64,000 nt of DNA from assembly GCF_036971445.1 (NCBI RefSeq), contig NC_091472.1, positions 250,170,001 through 250,234,000 on the forward strand, given 5' to 3'. The notes below the pieces were generated by a model. The model was not told the DNA's origin. It searched no databases and was given only the letters and a program-made list of their open reading frames with translations. The DNA is from Narcine bancroftii. Taxonomy: Eukaryota. This document shows, one piece after another, positions 39,101 to 48,554 of the stretch (the first letter of the stretch is position 1; each line of letters starts with the position of its first letter). Made by a program: the position numbers and the translations under genes.

Positions 39101-40022
39101 CATATGTCGGAGACAAAATTCTGTATGCATGACCAGATGAGGAGAACTGCACTGTCGGTATTTGGGTGTCAGACCAGTCACTAAGGGACCTCAAGTTCCG
39201 ACACATCGGTCCCAATTCTTTTGCCTGGTGAGTAGTGCCAATTGCAAGGGTGACATGAGGAATGGCCTCACCTGCCATCTCATACCATTCCAGCTGTTCA
39301 GATGTCAGTGCCACCGTAGCGGCCACTCCCTCCTTTCCTACCACTATGTAGTCCGAATTAATTTCCCATAGCATGCCCTCTACCTCTTCATAAAAGGCAT
39401 GCTGATACATTTCATCCCCATCCCTATCGTAAAAGAGGGTCATATGGGGAGGGTCCGAGGGAGGGGTATACGGGTGTAACGTCTGGATCCACGGCTTCCA
39501 TTGATTATAAAGCTTTAGCAGCCCTCCCTTCTGTGGGTCCTCTGTTTCCAACAGCCCCCAGTAAATGTCAGCCCATTGTCCCTCAGACGTGGATCCTCCA
39601 GCTGCCGCCAACAACATCTTAGAACCGGAATGAAGTGTAGTTACTGAACAGTTCATAGAATATCCATTTGGAAAGGTGACCTCTATTCCGCTGGGTCCAC
39701 AAAGGATCGATGCTCCGCACTTGACCAACAGGTCTCTGCCCAAGAGATTGGTAGGGCACCTGGCTGACAAAATGTATTGATGTGTAAAAGTCTGTCCCGC
39801 CACAGAAGTGACTAGTGGTGTAGAAAACGGCAGATTTTCTGGTGTACCCGAGAACCCTATCAGCTGGACGCTAGAGGATGATGTTTTATCTTGAAACTCA
39901 GCGCCAGTAAGTGTTGAAAATCTGGCTCCCGTATCCACTAAAAAGGATACTTCCATGTCCATTACTTTAATCTGCAGGAAAGGGTCTGCCAACCTAGCCT
40001 GCTCGTGGGTGCTCGGGCTCCG
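36159..40022 (-). CDS. pol: ERV Pol: protease - 2H phosphodiesterase-like - RT - RNase H - integrase (C-terminally truncated at 36193; last 10 aa come from the inverted LTR)
   Basis: FLVDTGA and LLGRDLL (PR); HMTL and HVTL; LPQGF and QYVDDILL at 38439-38450 (RT); FTDG, SAQLAEL, YTDSAY, GNQEAD (RNase H); HHCC, SDNGSHF, HPQSQGKVERMN (IN). Open for >1270 codons. Confidence 0.95.
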   Translation of the reverse strand, partial: RSPSTHEQARLADPFLQIKVMDMEVSFLVDTGARFSTLTGAEFQDKTSSSSVQLIGFSGTPENLPFSTPLVTSVAGQTFTHQYILSARCPTNLLGRDLLVKCGASILCGPSGIEVTFPNGYSMNCSVTTLHSGSKMLLAAAGGSTSEGQWADIYWGLLETEDPQKGGLLKLYNQWKPWIQTLHPYTPPSDPPHMTLFYDRDGDEMYQHAFYEEVEGMLWEINSDYIVVGKEGVAATVALTSEQLEWYEMAGEAIPHVTLAIGTTHQAKELGPMCRNLRSLSDWSDTQIPTVQFSSSGHAYRILSPTYDQVLLEHRQIERFHGREKMDHPDSAPMLDSLPENLWSVGSADVGFCQQIDPITFELSDYTPIWQMQYPNKPEAEEGLAETIDGLMYSGVLEHSRSSWNTPILPVPKQDTGKYRMSHDLRRINGIVRTPTVPVPNPYTAMTALTPNHKWFSCIDLANAFFCLPLAEPLRDVFSFTYRGRKLRYTRLPQGFILSPGIFNQVLKEQLGGLALPGGVVLIQYVDDILLAAPDHISCLEATCLLLVQLFKAGFKVSRSKLQCCRQVVTFLGRMVSAKGTGISPAHRTAILHHPKPKTVKEMLSFLGLSGYSRQFIPSYGELTHPLRTLVNEQGMRNLGATLDWTAQAEMSFILLKQALTTATDLAIPNYKLPFFLDVSEKAHTIDGVLFQKKGGGRCVLMYVSITLDPTEDRHPPCTRHAAGVAKILQKVAHIVMGHGLTVLTTHSIVAFVSSTACTMTSLRQTRLEKILNTPNVTFTHEGINMADNMGEGEPHCCEKRVVKDIKIRPDLQATPLREPDETLFTDGCCYRHPTDGLKAAYAVVRKTTGGFEEIITGTVRGKESAQLAELQGMIAALEWAEGNEVNIYTDSAYVVGTIQVELSQWIRSGFLTAAMTPIKHEKDVRKLAEALLKPRALAVLKCKGHDRTDTMVARGNQEADMAAKRAAGYGPQFIMIQADRTVHDLLPPCRVEVIIQEQAKASPQERMVWEKRGATKDQGLWRSIDGRPVLPSGLMKPLLEEAHGLTHCGKKQMIRYLIHWWHPFLPAMVENHIRECEVCITFNVKATVKPHEGQFPLPKLPGQEIVLDYTDMIERVSGYRYLLVAVDVFTGWPEAIPAKREDARMVCKFLINQYIPRHGFPRKIRSDNGSHFKNNDLQEVEAMLGLKHAFGTVYHPQSQGKVERMNQTIKGKIGKVQARTKLNWVDALPLALMSIRSLVSSVTGFTPYELQTGHQFPGPGAEIQTTKNEVSSMGCKSDSGFTLLLI

Positions 40023-41526
40023 TCACTGTGGGCAATATTGCTCCTCCTCTGTCAGCAAAGGGAATTGTCTCTTCGGAGCTAGAGCCGCATAGGGTGCCTG
40101 ATGTACTGGGGGTGGCACTGACGATCTCTGGGGCTGGACCCAATGCTCATTTTGTGGTGGTCCATATCCCCTTCTCCCAGTGTCCCGAGGATCCCAAGCT
40201 AGGGGGCAGTCTCTCTTCCAGTGTCCTGGCTGACCGCATACAAAACATACGGCTGGTTGCATTCGTGGAGCACCCCGACCTCTCCCTCTTACTCGGAATC
40301 CCCCCATTGGACCTCCCATTCTGGCCACATAGGTGGGACATAGGTGATGGCTGCGGTGGCTGCTGAATCATCTGGTTCGCACCCTTTGAGGAAATCTTTT
40401 TTGCCTCGTTTGCCTTTTTCCTAGCCTCTTCCAATTGAAGCTTAAGGAGTTGCACTTGTGCCGACTCCGTAGTTTGTTTGTCCTCCTTTTGCTTAGCCCT
40501 GTAACGTTTCATGTGATGGGTCAAATGTTTTTCCCATTGCTCACTCGAGCAGCCAGGAATATCAGGGTTGTTCTCTAATGCTTCCCTAACTACAGCTGGC
40601 AGTCCGCTCGTTACTGCAGCCCTAAAGAGTGTAGTCTGCAAGGGATCTGTGGCTGGGTGTACTCCTGCTTTATCCGTCCAACTCTCCTTACACTGACTCC
40701 AAAAGGTCAAGATCTCCTCATCCTCTGACTCCTTTTGTCTATTGTGAGGAGTGGGGGTGGTGTGATCCTCTGACATTCCTACCGAGAAGGCTTTCTCAAG
40801 TGTCTGTTCTTGCTCTCTCTCATTTGTATATCCCAAGCCCCTACTATTTTTCCTTACTGCACATCTATCGTTCTGTACTTCGTGCACCCACTCTTTTGTT
40901 TCCTCCACTCTCTCCTGCGTAACTCTCTTCAGTCTCTCCTTCGCCTCATGTAGTTCTGGACCTGTTAACTCAGTGACATTCACTATTCCCTCACTTATCT
41001 GCATCGCTGGCATTTGGGGAATAGAATAAGGTGGTGGCAATGTCTCCGGTAACTCTGGATATAACGGGGCTGACGGCTTCACCTCCCCCGTATTCTCCTT
41101 AGTGTTATGGGATCCCTTTTTAATATCATGTTGAAGGTTCGCTTCCACAGCCATGCAAGCCAATGTCATAATGTGTAAATCTGCCCTTCTCTGTTCCTTC
41201 ACTTCTCTCTGTTGTTTAAGCCTTCTTCTATTCCATATAGATCCTTGTCCCTTTGCCTCATGTTCCTGTACCTCCTTGGCTGCTTCCCTCTCTGCTTCTC
41301 CTAAGTACAGTACCAGCCGGATTTTTTCAAACCCTCGTGGTACCTTCCCCTGACTCTGCAGCTCTCTCCATATCTGTTCGTACCGTGCCATAGCCTGTAC
41401 CTCCTCTCCCTTCGGTAATCCTCCCAGTAATTGATTCCTTGTTTTTTCCCACTGTTGGTTTACAGATGGGGGAACTCCTCTGTCTTCCCCGAGCTCTTGC
41501 CCTACATCCCTATTTACTCCTTCCAT
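40023..41526 (-). pseudogene. gag: ERV gag, frameshifted near 40330-40370, single CCHC zinc knuckle
   Basis: ORF 41526..40147 has a PSAP/PPPY late-domain region and a capsid-like C-terminal part. The overlapping frame carries RGRGRG and CFVCGQPGHWKRDC and ends in TGA, in frame with pol. Confidence 0.85.
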
Positions 41527-41649
41527 CTCTGTTCTGATTTTTAACCCTTTAGACTTTGTACTTCACTGGGTCTCTCCCCTGGTAGGATTTTGACACCCTG
41601 CAATATACTTCGTCCCTTCCCACGTTATTATGAACACCAGCAGCACACT

Positions 41650-42025
41650 ACACACGATCCTTAAACAAATACTTATTATAAACTATTATGATACACTAGA
41701 CGATTCCTAAACAGATACTTATACACTATAGAAACAAATAACTATAAAACAATGCACCTTATACAGATACTGATTATACACTACTATGGTATACGATCCT
41801 TAATCAAATACTTATTACACACTATAGAAACAAATAACTATAAAACAATGCACCTTATACAGATACTGATTATACACTACTATGGTACACGATCCTTAAT
41901 CAAATACTTATTACACACTACAGAAACAAATAACTATCACAATGCACCTTATACAGATACTTATACACTACTATGGTACACGATCCTTAATCAAATACTT
42001 ATTACACACTATAGAAGCAAATAAC
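41650..42025. repeat. ~91-96-bp tandem repeat (~3.5 copies) in ERV leader
   Basis: ACGATCCTTAATCAAATACTTATTACACACTA recurs at ~41793, ~41889 and ~41980. Confidence 0.9.
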
Positions 42026-42081
42026 CATCACCATACACCTTATTCTAATTGGCCAAGTGTCTAAACCTATCTCTCGAGATC

Positions 42082-42313
42082 TCTACGAGGGGACTCCAAC
42101 CCCGTTCTACTAGGAGGACTCCAACCCCCTTTCTACTAGGAGGACTCCAACCCCCTTTTTACTACAGGGGACTCCAACCCCATTCTACTAGGAGGACTCC
42201 AACCCCCTTTTACTACAGGGGACTCCAACCCTGTTCTACTAGGAGGACTCCAACCCCCTTCTACTACAGGGGACTCCAACCCCCTTCTACTAGGGGGACT
42301 CCCAACCCCCTTT
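42082..42313. repeat. Nine ~24-28-bp tandem units in ERV leader
   Basis: Unit CTACTAGGAGGACTCCAACCCC / CTACAGGGGACTCCAACCCC. Confidence 0.92.
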
Positions 42314-42500
42314 TGTTTTATTCTTTGGCTTTAACGAGGACTTTTGCAGAGTAGTGACAACACACAATTTATCTTTGCCAATAGCAGAACTTCGTTAAAA
42401 TAGGCGTCTGCTTACCTCCCTTTGTAGGATGGTCACTTGTTGTTATCACCACAATCGACCGGTGTTTCGTATCTTTTTTTTCCGTCACTTCTCCATCTTC

Positions 42501-42518
42501 ATCACGTCGGGGTCACCA
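42501..42518 (-). promoter_or_regulatory. Primer-binding site, tRNA-Trp
   Basis: The - strand TGGTGACCCCGACGTGAT lies 3 nt after the LTR terminal CA and is complementary to the 18 3'-terminal nt of vertebrate tRNA-Trp (same PBS as avian leukosis virus). Confidence 0.92.
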
Positions 42519-42521
42519 AAT

Positions 42522-43333
42522 TGTCGGACTCTGGCTTTACCTTACTCTTAATTTAGTCTATGTGTAGTCTGAGTCCAGCGTGTTCTTTGAATGAAGTGAT
42601 AGGAGAAGGTATTCGGTTCAACAGTCAATTTATTACACAGCACAAGAATAAAACTTAACAGAGCTCTGGGTCAGTCATTAGTTCATAGGTCACCTGCACA
42701 GTGAGCTATTCCCCAAGACTGACCCCTATTGTCCAGTTGGCTCAGTTTATATAGATCAACCTTATCATGCAGAACAAAAGTTGGCTTCCTTTGCTAGATT
42801 TCATTATCATACAGAACAAAAGTTGTCTTCCTTTGCTAGATCTTTTTGCATAAGGGTTATCACAAGTCATCTCCTGTTTTGCAGATATCTGGGGTGTAGC
42901 ACTCCCATCTTAATCCTCCAGGCCAGACTATCCTGTTGTGTTGATCAGAAATTAATTCATCCCCAGATATTTCTAATCACCATTCTGTTCTTGTCCGGCC
43001 AATTTCTGCTGTTCTCTTTAACACCTCCCCCTGCCTTAATCTTCCTCCTAGACTGGTTTTCCATTCCCTTTGTTTCTTGCAGGCCATTCTTTGTTCTGAT
43101 CTGGCCTGTGTCTCCTGTGCTACTCACCACCTCCTTTAGTTTGAGCATTCCTCCTAAATCGTTTTATGCATTTCCTCTCCCTGTATTTTGGAGCAGACAA
43201 TTTTGCTCAGCCAACTTTGCTCCATGCTGTGATTGCCACTTAATCACATTCCTTTTTCCCTGAACCATGCAGTAAATATACACTTATTAATTAATCATTT
43301 ATTTCATACTGTTTTAACCCCTAGATTCCAACA
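42522..43333 (-). repeat. ERV 5' LTR (812 bp)
   Basis: The - strand TGTTGGAATCT...AGAGTCCGACA has imperfect 11-bp terminal inverted repeats; TATA at 42746-42753 and AATAAA at 42629-42634 on -. Confidence 0.95.
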
Positions 43334-43976
43334 AGGGGGAAATCAGAATACAAACCAGTCCTCATCAAGGGGACCCCAGTGGAAAGGGTAAAGGACTTTA
43401 ACTTCCTGGGTGCCAACATTTCTGAAGATCTATCCTGGGGCTTTCATGTCAATACAGTCATGAAGAAGGCTCACCGATGGCTCTATTTCATTTGGAGTTT
43501 GAGGAGATTTGGTATGCCACTAAAGACTCTTGCAAATTTGTTCAGATGTATTGTAGAGAGCATTCTGACTGGTTGCATCACTGTCTGGTATGGAGATAGC
43601 AATGCTCAGGACAGGAAAAGACTACATTGAATTGTGAACTCAGCCACCACCATCATAGGCATGAGTCTGCACTCCATTAAGGACATCTAGAAGAGGCATG
43701 CTTCAAGAAAGCAGCCTCTATCATCAAGGACCCTCACCAGCCAGGCCATGCTCTCTTCTCACTGTTACCATCAGGAAGGCCTGAAGATGAATGCTCGATT
43801 ATAGAAAAATAGCTTCTCTACCATCATATTTCTGACACAACCTTACTTTTTCTTTTATTATGCACTAATTTATGTATTTTTAAAAATGCAAGTTATAGCA
43901 ATTTTTACTCCTGTAGTGTTGCCACAAAATAACACATTTTGTGACATGTGTTCATAATAATAAATTCCGATTCTGA
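43334..43976 (+). mobile_element. Rex1/Babar LINE, right part with 3' tail
   Basis: VERVKDFNFLGANISEDLSW...FRCIVESILTGCITVWYG; ends AATAAATTCCGATTCTGA. Confidence 0.85.
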
Positions 43977-44400
43977 CAGGGTTGATGTCTTGGTGGCAAT
44001 TGGAAATATAAAGATCCAGAGCAGGCAGAAGGCCAGAATGAGGTTTCCAGGAGGAAGGTTTAAGGTGGGAGATAGGGTCTGTAGTGGGTTGTAATAGGCA
44101 TGGAGTCAGAGCCGAAGGAAGAAGTGTTGGCATATGGCATGCATGGGACTCGTTGAGGTGTGGGCAAAGAGGGATGAAGGTGAGGCCTCTTCTAAGGACA
44201 GAATGTTCCGACTCTGAGAGGGGAAGATCGGAAGAGATGGTAAAGACCAGACAGGGCTTGGATTGGGGGCAATGGGGTGGAGGTTGTCGGGGGGGGGGGG
44301 GGAGGTTGGTGGAAGATGTCAGGAAAGGGGGAGGAGGATGGGGCGGAGGGTGTAAAGGAGAAAGGGAAGGGTTGAGAAAGTAAAGGGAGGCTGAGAAGAG
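43977..44400 (-). mobile_element. Penelope-like element, right part
   Basis: GGTTGATGTCTTGGTGGCAATTG resumes the Penelope sequence, collinear with 13470-13800 (PALDLYISNCHQDIN). Confidence 0.7.
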
Positions 44401-44849
44401 CTAGAGTGGGAGTTCACGATGGAGGCTTGGTCCTGATAGTGAAGTGGTGGAGTCTTGGTGAGCTAGTTCAAAGAAAAACATAAATAGATAAACAACCCGA
44501 CTGGAAGAGCTAGCATCTATGGAGGTAGAGGGATCCTCACATTGGACCGTGTGCCGAGGGAGAATAACCAACAGAACGAGGTGGGAGAGCTGGGCTGCCA
44601 TGCGGAACTGTGGCCTTTTCATCCATTTCCTCTCCATGATGTAGCGAAACACGAAAGTCTGCAGACGTTGTGATTGTAGTCAAAACACAGAAATGCTGGA
44701 GGCGCTCGGCCTTGAAATGTCCCTTTTACATATTTACGAGGCCTGCTGAGTTCCTCCAGCATTTCTTTCATTAATGTGTACGAGCTACATTCCCTCGACT
44801 CTCTCCATTTCATTTTAATGGAGAAATCGAGGCTAAAAGAGGAACGTGA

Positions 44850-45076
44850 ATATATTTACGAATCTGGCGACGAAATTAGGAGGAATAATTTAACGAAGGC
44901 GGAACGTTTCGACGGCCTCTGCAGCGGGGAACAGGCAAACGGGAACACAGACGAGTCCTACCCTTGTGGAGGTCCGGCCAGACGAGATGCGATCGTCTCG
45001 CTGCGAAGCGGCCCAGGAAAGGCGTGCACTCGCTCGCTGGGTTCGGAAATCGAACCTTGACCCGGTCTGCGTTGCC
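44850..45076 (+). promoter_or_regulatory. CpG island / 5' region of OSGEPL1
   Basis: CpG-dense stretch running into the first coding exon. Confidence 0.65.
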
Positions 45077-45270
45077 ATGACGATGCGTTGTCTCCGCGTT
45101 CGCGCTCTGAGTTCGGTGGCTGCCCGTGGGCTCCACGGCCACCCGTGGCGCGAGCCCAGCGTGGTTCTGGGCATAGAAACCAGCTGCGATGACACTGCCG
45201 CGGCGGTGGTGGCCGAGAGAGGGCGCGTCTTAGGAGAAGCCTTGCATTCTCAGAAAGAAACTCATCTGAA
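45077..45270 (+). CDS. OSGEPL1: OSGEPL1 (mitochondrial t6A synthase, Kae1/TsaD/Qri7 family) coding exon 1
   Basis: Arg-rich presequence MTMRCLRVRALSS.. followed by VLGIETSCDDTAAAVV; donor AA|GTAGGT. Confidence 0.92.
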
Positions 45271-46499
45271 GTAGGTGAAAATACTTGCACCAGTTATGAT
45301 TCCGGGGCTGACATTTGCAAAGTAAATTGTTTTAATTCTGACAATCTTGCTTCTCGTTTACTTGCATAGAAATTCAAGCACAACAGAGAATGCTGGAAAC
45401 ATTCAGCATGTTGAGAGATGGTCAACTTAAAAACTAAGGGTTTTTTTTTTGCCAGTTGCTGTACTGTATTTCCCTTGATACTTGTAAGCCAATGTTAAAT
45501 TGTTTTGAAACAATAAAACACAATTCTGTAAAATAATTCCAGGAATAAGTAACCATTTCACTTGGCTTATTGCCTTTTGATAATCCCCTGTTATATATGT
45601 TATGCTCAACATAATGTGAAAATTAACATTATTGGGTTAATTTCTAAGTTAACTTCTAAGTTAACTTGGTTAACTTAGACGATTTATTACAAAATAAAAT
45701 AGGTTTGTATGTGATTCACCTTGAGAAAACGTGGAAATTTTAGACCAATGTATGCAAATCTGAAAAGAATTTCTCATTATCAGAAGGAAAAAAAATTCAC
45801 ATCCTTCAACTGATAGATACATTTTGGATCACGAATTTCCTTCTGAATATTTCATAAGCAGAAGGTGTTTTGCAAAGCAGATTTTGGAAACTACGACAGG
45901 AAAGTCAATCGCATAAAGCAGGGTTACAAACCTGAAACATTGGCCTTCCTCCAGTGTTTTATTTTGCTCCCGCATCTTCAGTCACGTGACATTTGAATTG
46001 AAACGCACACATGCCACTTTTCTCTTTTATCAATACAGACCATCCCAGATTAACAAATGGATTTCACTTTTTACAGATGTCATTAAGTCGGATTTATCCA
46101 AAAGTCAGAAAATTTTCAAAAAAATCACCCATACCTTCATTTATTTATTGTAGTAAATAGCATCAGAAGTGTTAAAAGCCCGTTAAGAAAGAACAATGAC
46201 TGAAAATGGAGCAAGAGAGGAAACTACTTCTCCATTCATGGACTTTTAAATTTAATAATGTGAGGAAAACTTTTATGTAGAAGTGTCCAGAAACTGGGCA
46301 TTCATAACATGGGGATTTGCTTGTAATAGTTAAAGTGCCAGTGACATCCACATGGCGTGAAAAATCAAAGATTCCAACAAATGTCTTTACCTTTGTGTTT
46401 TAACTGAAAAAAGGAAGAATAAGTATTTGAGTATTTTATTAACTTATAAGTCAGAAATATATATATATATCAAACAAATATATATTTGTTTTGTTTCAG

Positions 46500-46887
46500 G
46501 ACAGGTGGAATTATTCCACCTGTAGCTCAGAGGCTACACAGAGAGCACTTGGACAGAGTAGTGAAGGAAGCTATGGATAACAGTGGAGTCTCCCTTAATG
46601 AACTCACGGCAATAGCAACTACAATAAAACCAGGTCTTGCTCTAAGCCTACGTGTTGGCCTAGAGTACAGCTTAAAACTAATAGAACAATACGAGAAACC
46701 TTTTATTCCTATTCACCATATGGAAGCCCATGCACTGACCATTAGAATGCTGCAGGCGGTAGAATTTCCCTTTCTGGTCCTGTTGATCTCCGGTGGTCAT
46801 AGTTTACTTGCTGTTGTCCGTGGAGTCGATGACTTTCTTCTTCTTGGACAGACATTGGATGAAGCCCCAGGAGACACATTGGACAAG
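46500..46887 (+). CDS. OSGEPL1: OSGEPL1 coding exon 2
   Basis: TGGIIPPVA..PGLALSL..PIHHMEAHAL..LLISGGH..GDTLDK|GT; 388 nt. Confidence 0.96.
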
Positions 46888-48072
46888 GTATGTACTGAGG
46901 GAAAGCTTAAAATCAGCAATGAAAAATCAGCTGAATTTTAACAGTATTTATTCAAGTCACATCTAAAAATCCAAGGACCAGGAACAAAGTGTACATGTTA
47001 AGCCTCATCTTAATGTAATAATACTGAAAATATTTTGAATTATCCAGTGGATTAATTAATATTGTAAATCCCAAAATTCAAATAATGAATTTTTATTTAA
47101 AAATGCATTATCAGATCATTATAATTTGTACTTTAAAATTTTAAAAAAGGATATACTGTACATGAAATTGTAGGACTTATGAAAGCATATTAATTTATCA
47201 TTAAAATTTTCAGTCTTGTTATCTTATATGTTTGTTACGTTTCTGCACTGGAAAAAGCTGAGATTATTAAAACTTTCAACACAATGAAAAAAAGTATTAA
47301 ACCTGAAATTCAATTTTATTATCATCCGATTGCACAAGTACAATCTGACGAAGCTGCGTTCTCCAGTCCTCGGTGCAAAACACGCAGACACAGAACCAGA
47401 CATAGCACACATACAGTTAAACAATACATATGCAGGACAAATTAAACATAAAATAAATAGATTTAGTTTAGTTAATATAAGAGTTTCGGATGGATAGTGC
47501 AAGCAAATGCTTTGGTTCTTCAGCATTCTCACTGCCCCTGAGAAGAAGCTGTTTCTCGGCCTGGCGAGGCTAGCTCTGGTATTCCTGTATCTCTTTCCCC
47601 AAGTCAGGCTTGATGTACAAACAATTACAACATCAGTCATATAATCAATTAACCAAAGACACTGTTTTACTTTTCATACACTTATTTTTTTACAGTAATG
47701 TCATAAGATGGTTATAATATGATGCTGCCATGAAACACCAAATTTCATGACTTGTTCATGACAAAAAATTCCGATTCTGAAACAATTGCAACTTCAGTCA
47801 TTGCAAACACATCACCTCATGCATTTGTCTTAGATTTTATTATAGATAATAAGGGAATAGTTAATTAGTTATAAGTGGAATTAGATCCATTTTACTGATC
47901 TCTTAATAGCCAAATTTCGCTGTTTACGGCAGAGCATTAAAAAAGTTCTGCATGAACTGTGCAAAGTCTCAATGGTGAAGGAATGTTGTTTCAGGTTAGA
48001 GGGATGGCCATTTAGGGTTGAGGCAAGGAAGAATTTTTTTCTCCAAGAGTGTTTCAATAATGAAGATATTTA

Positions 48073-48554
48073 GCCTTTATGATGCCTTTATGCATCGAGT
48101 CCACGCTGCTGAAGATCCAGCTGCGCTGGGTGGGTCACGTCTCCAGAATGGAGGACCATCGCCTTCCCAAGATCGTGTTATATGGCGAGCTCTCCACTGG
48201 CCACCGTGACAGAGGTGCACCAAAGAAAAGGTACAAGGACTGCCTAAAGAAATCTCTTGGTGCCTGCCACATTGACCACCGCCAGTGGGCTGATATCGCC
48301 TCAAACCGTGCATCTTGGCGCCTCACAGTTTGGCGGGCAGCAACCTCCTTTGAAGAAGACCGCAGAGCCCACCTCACTGACAAAAGGCAAAGGAGGAAAA
48401 ACCCAACACCCAACCCCAACCAACCAATTTTCCCCTGCAGCCGCTGCAACCGTGTCTGCCTGTCCCGGATCGGACTTGTCAGCCACAAACGAGCCTGCAG
48501 CTGACGTGGACTTTTACCCCCTCCATAAATCTTCGTCCGCGAAGCCAAGCCAAA
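48073..48554 (+). mobile_element. Young 5'-truncated RTE LINE with 11-bp TSD
   Basis: Nearly identical to the 63345+ copy; TSD GAAGATATTTA at 48062-48072 and 48555-48565. Confidence 0.9.

Larger units (their letters stand above)
35382..43333 (-). mobile_element. Class I (epsilon-like) endogenous retrovirus, defective, with inverted LTRs and 4-bp TSD AGGG
   Basis: 5'LTR(-) 43333-42522, PBS, leader, gag, pol, then an inverted LTR at 36192-35382; AGGG at 35378-35381 and 43334-43337. Confidence 0.95.

Noticed and set aside
41752-42024. ORF with a 32-aa repeat
   Set aside because: Translation of the 96-bp leader repeat on the antisense strand; the third unit breaks the frame.
42082-42313. Short repeat array resembling a CRISPR array
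   Set aside because: No unique spacers, eukaryotic context, and it lies inside a retroviral leader.
35382-43333. DIRS, Polinton or DNA transposon interpretation of the long inverted repeats
   Set aside because: No tyrosine recombinase, polB or transposase. The repeats have TATA, AATAAA, TG..CA ends and an adjacent PBS, so they are true LTRs with a retroviral DDE integrase.
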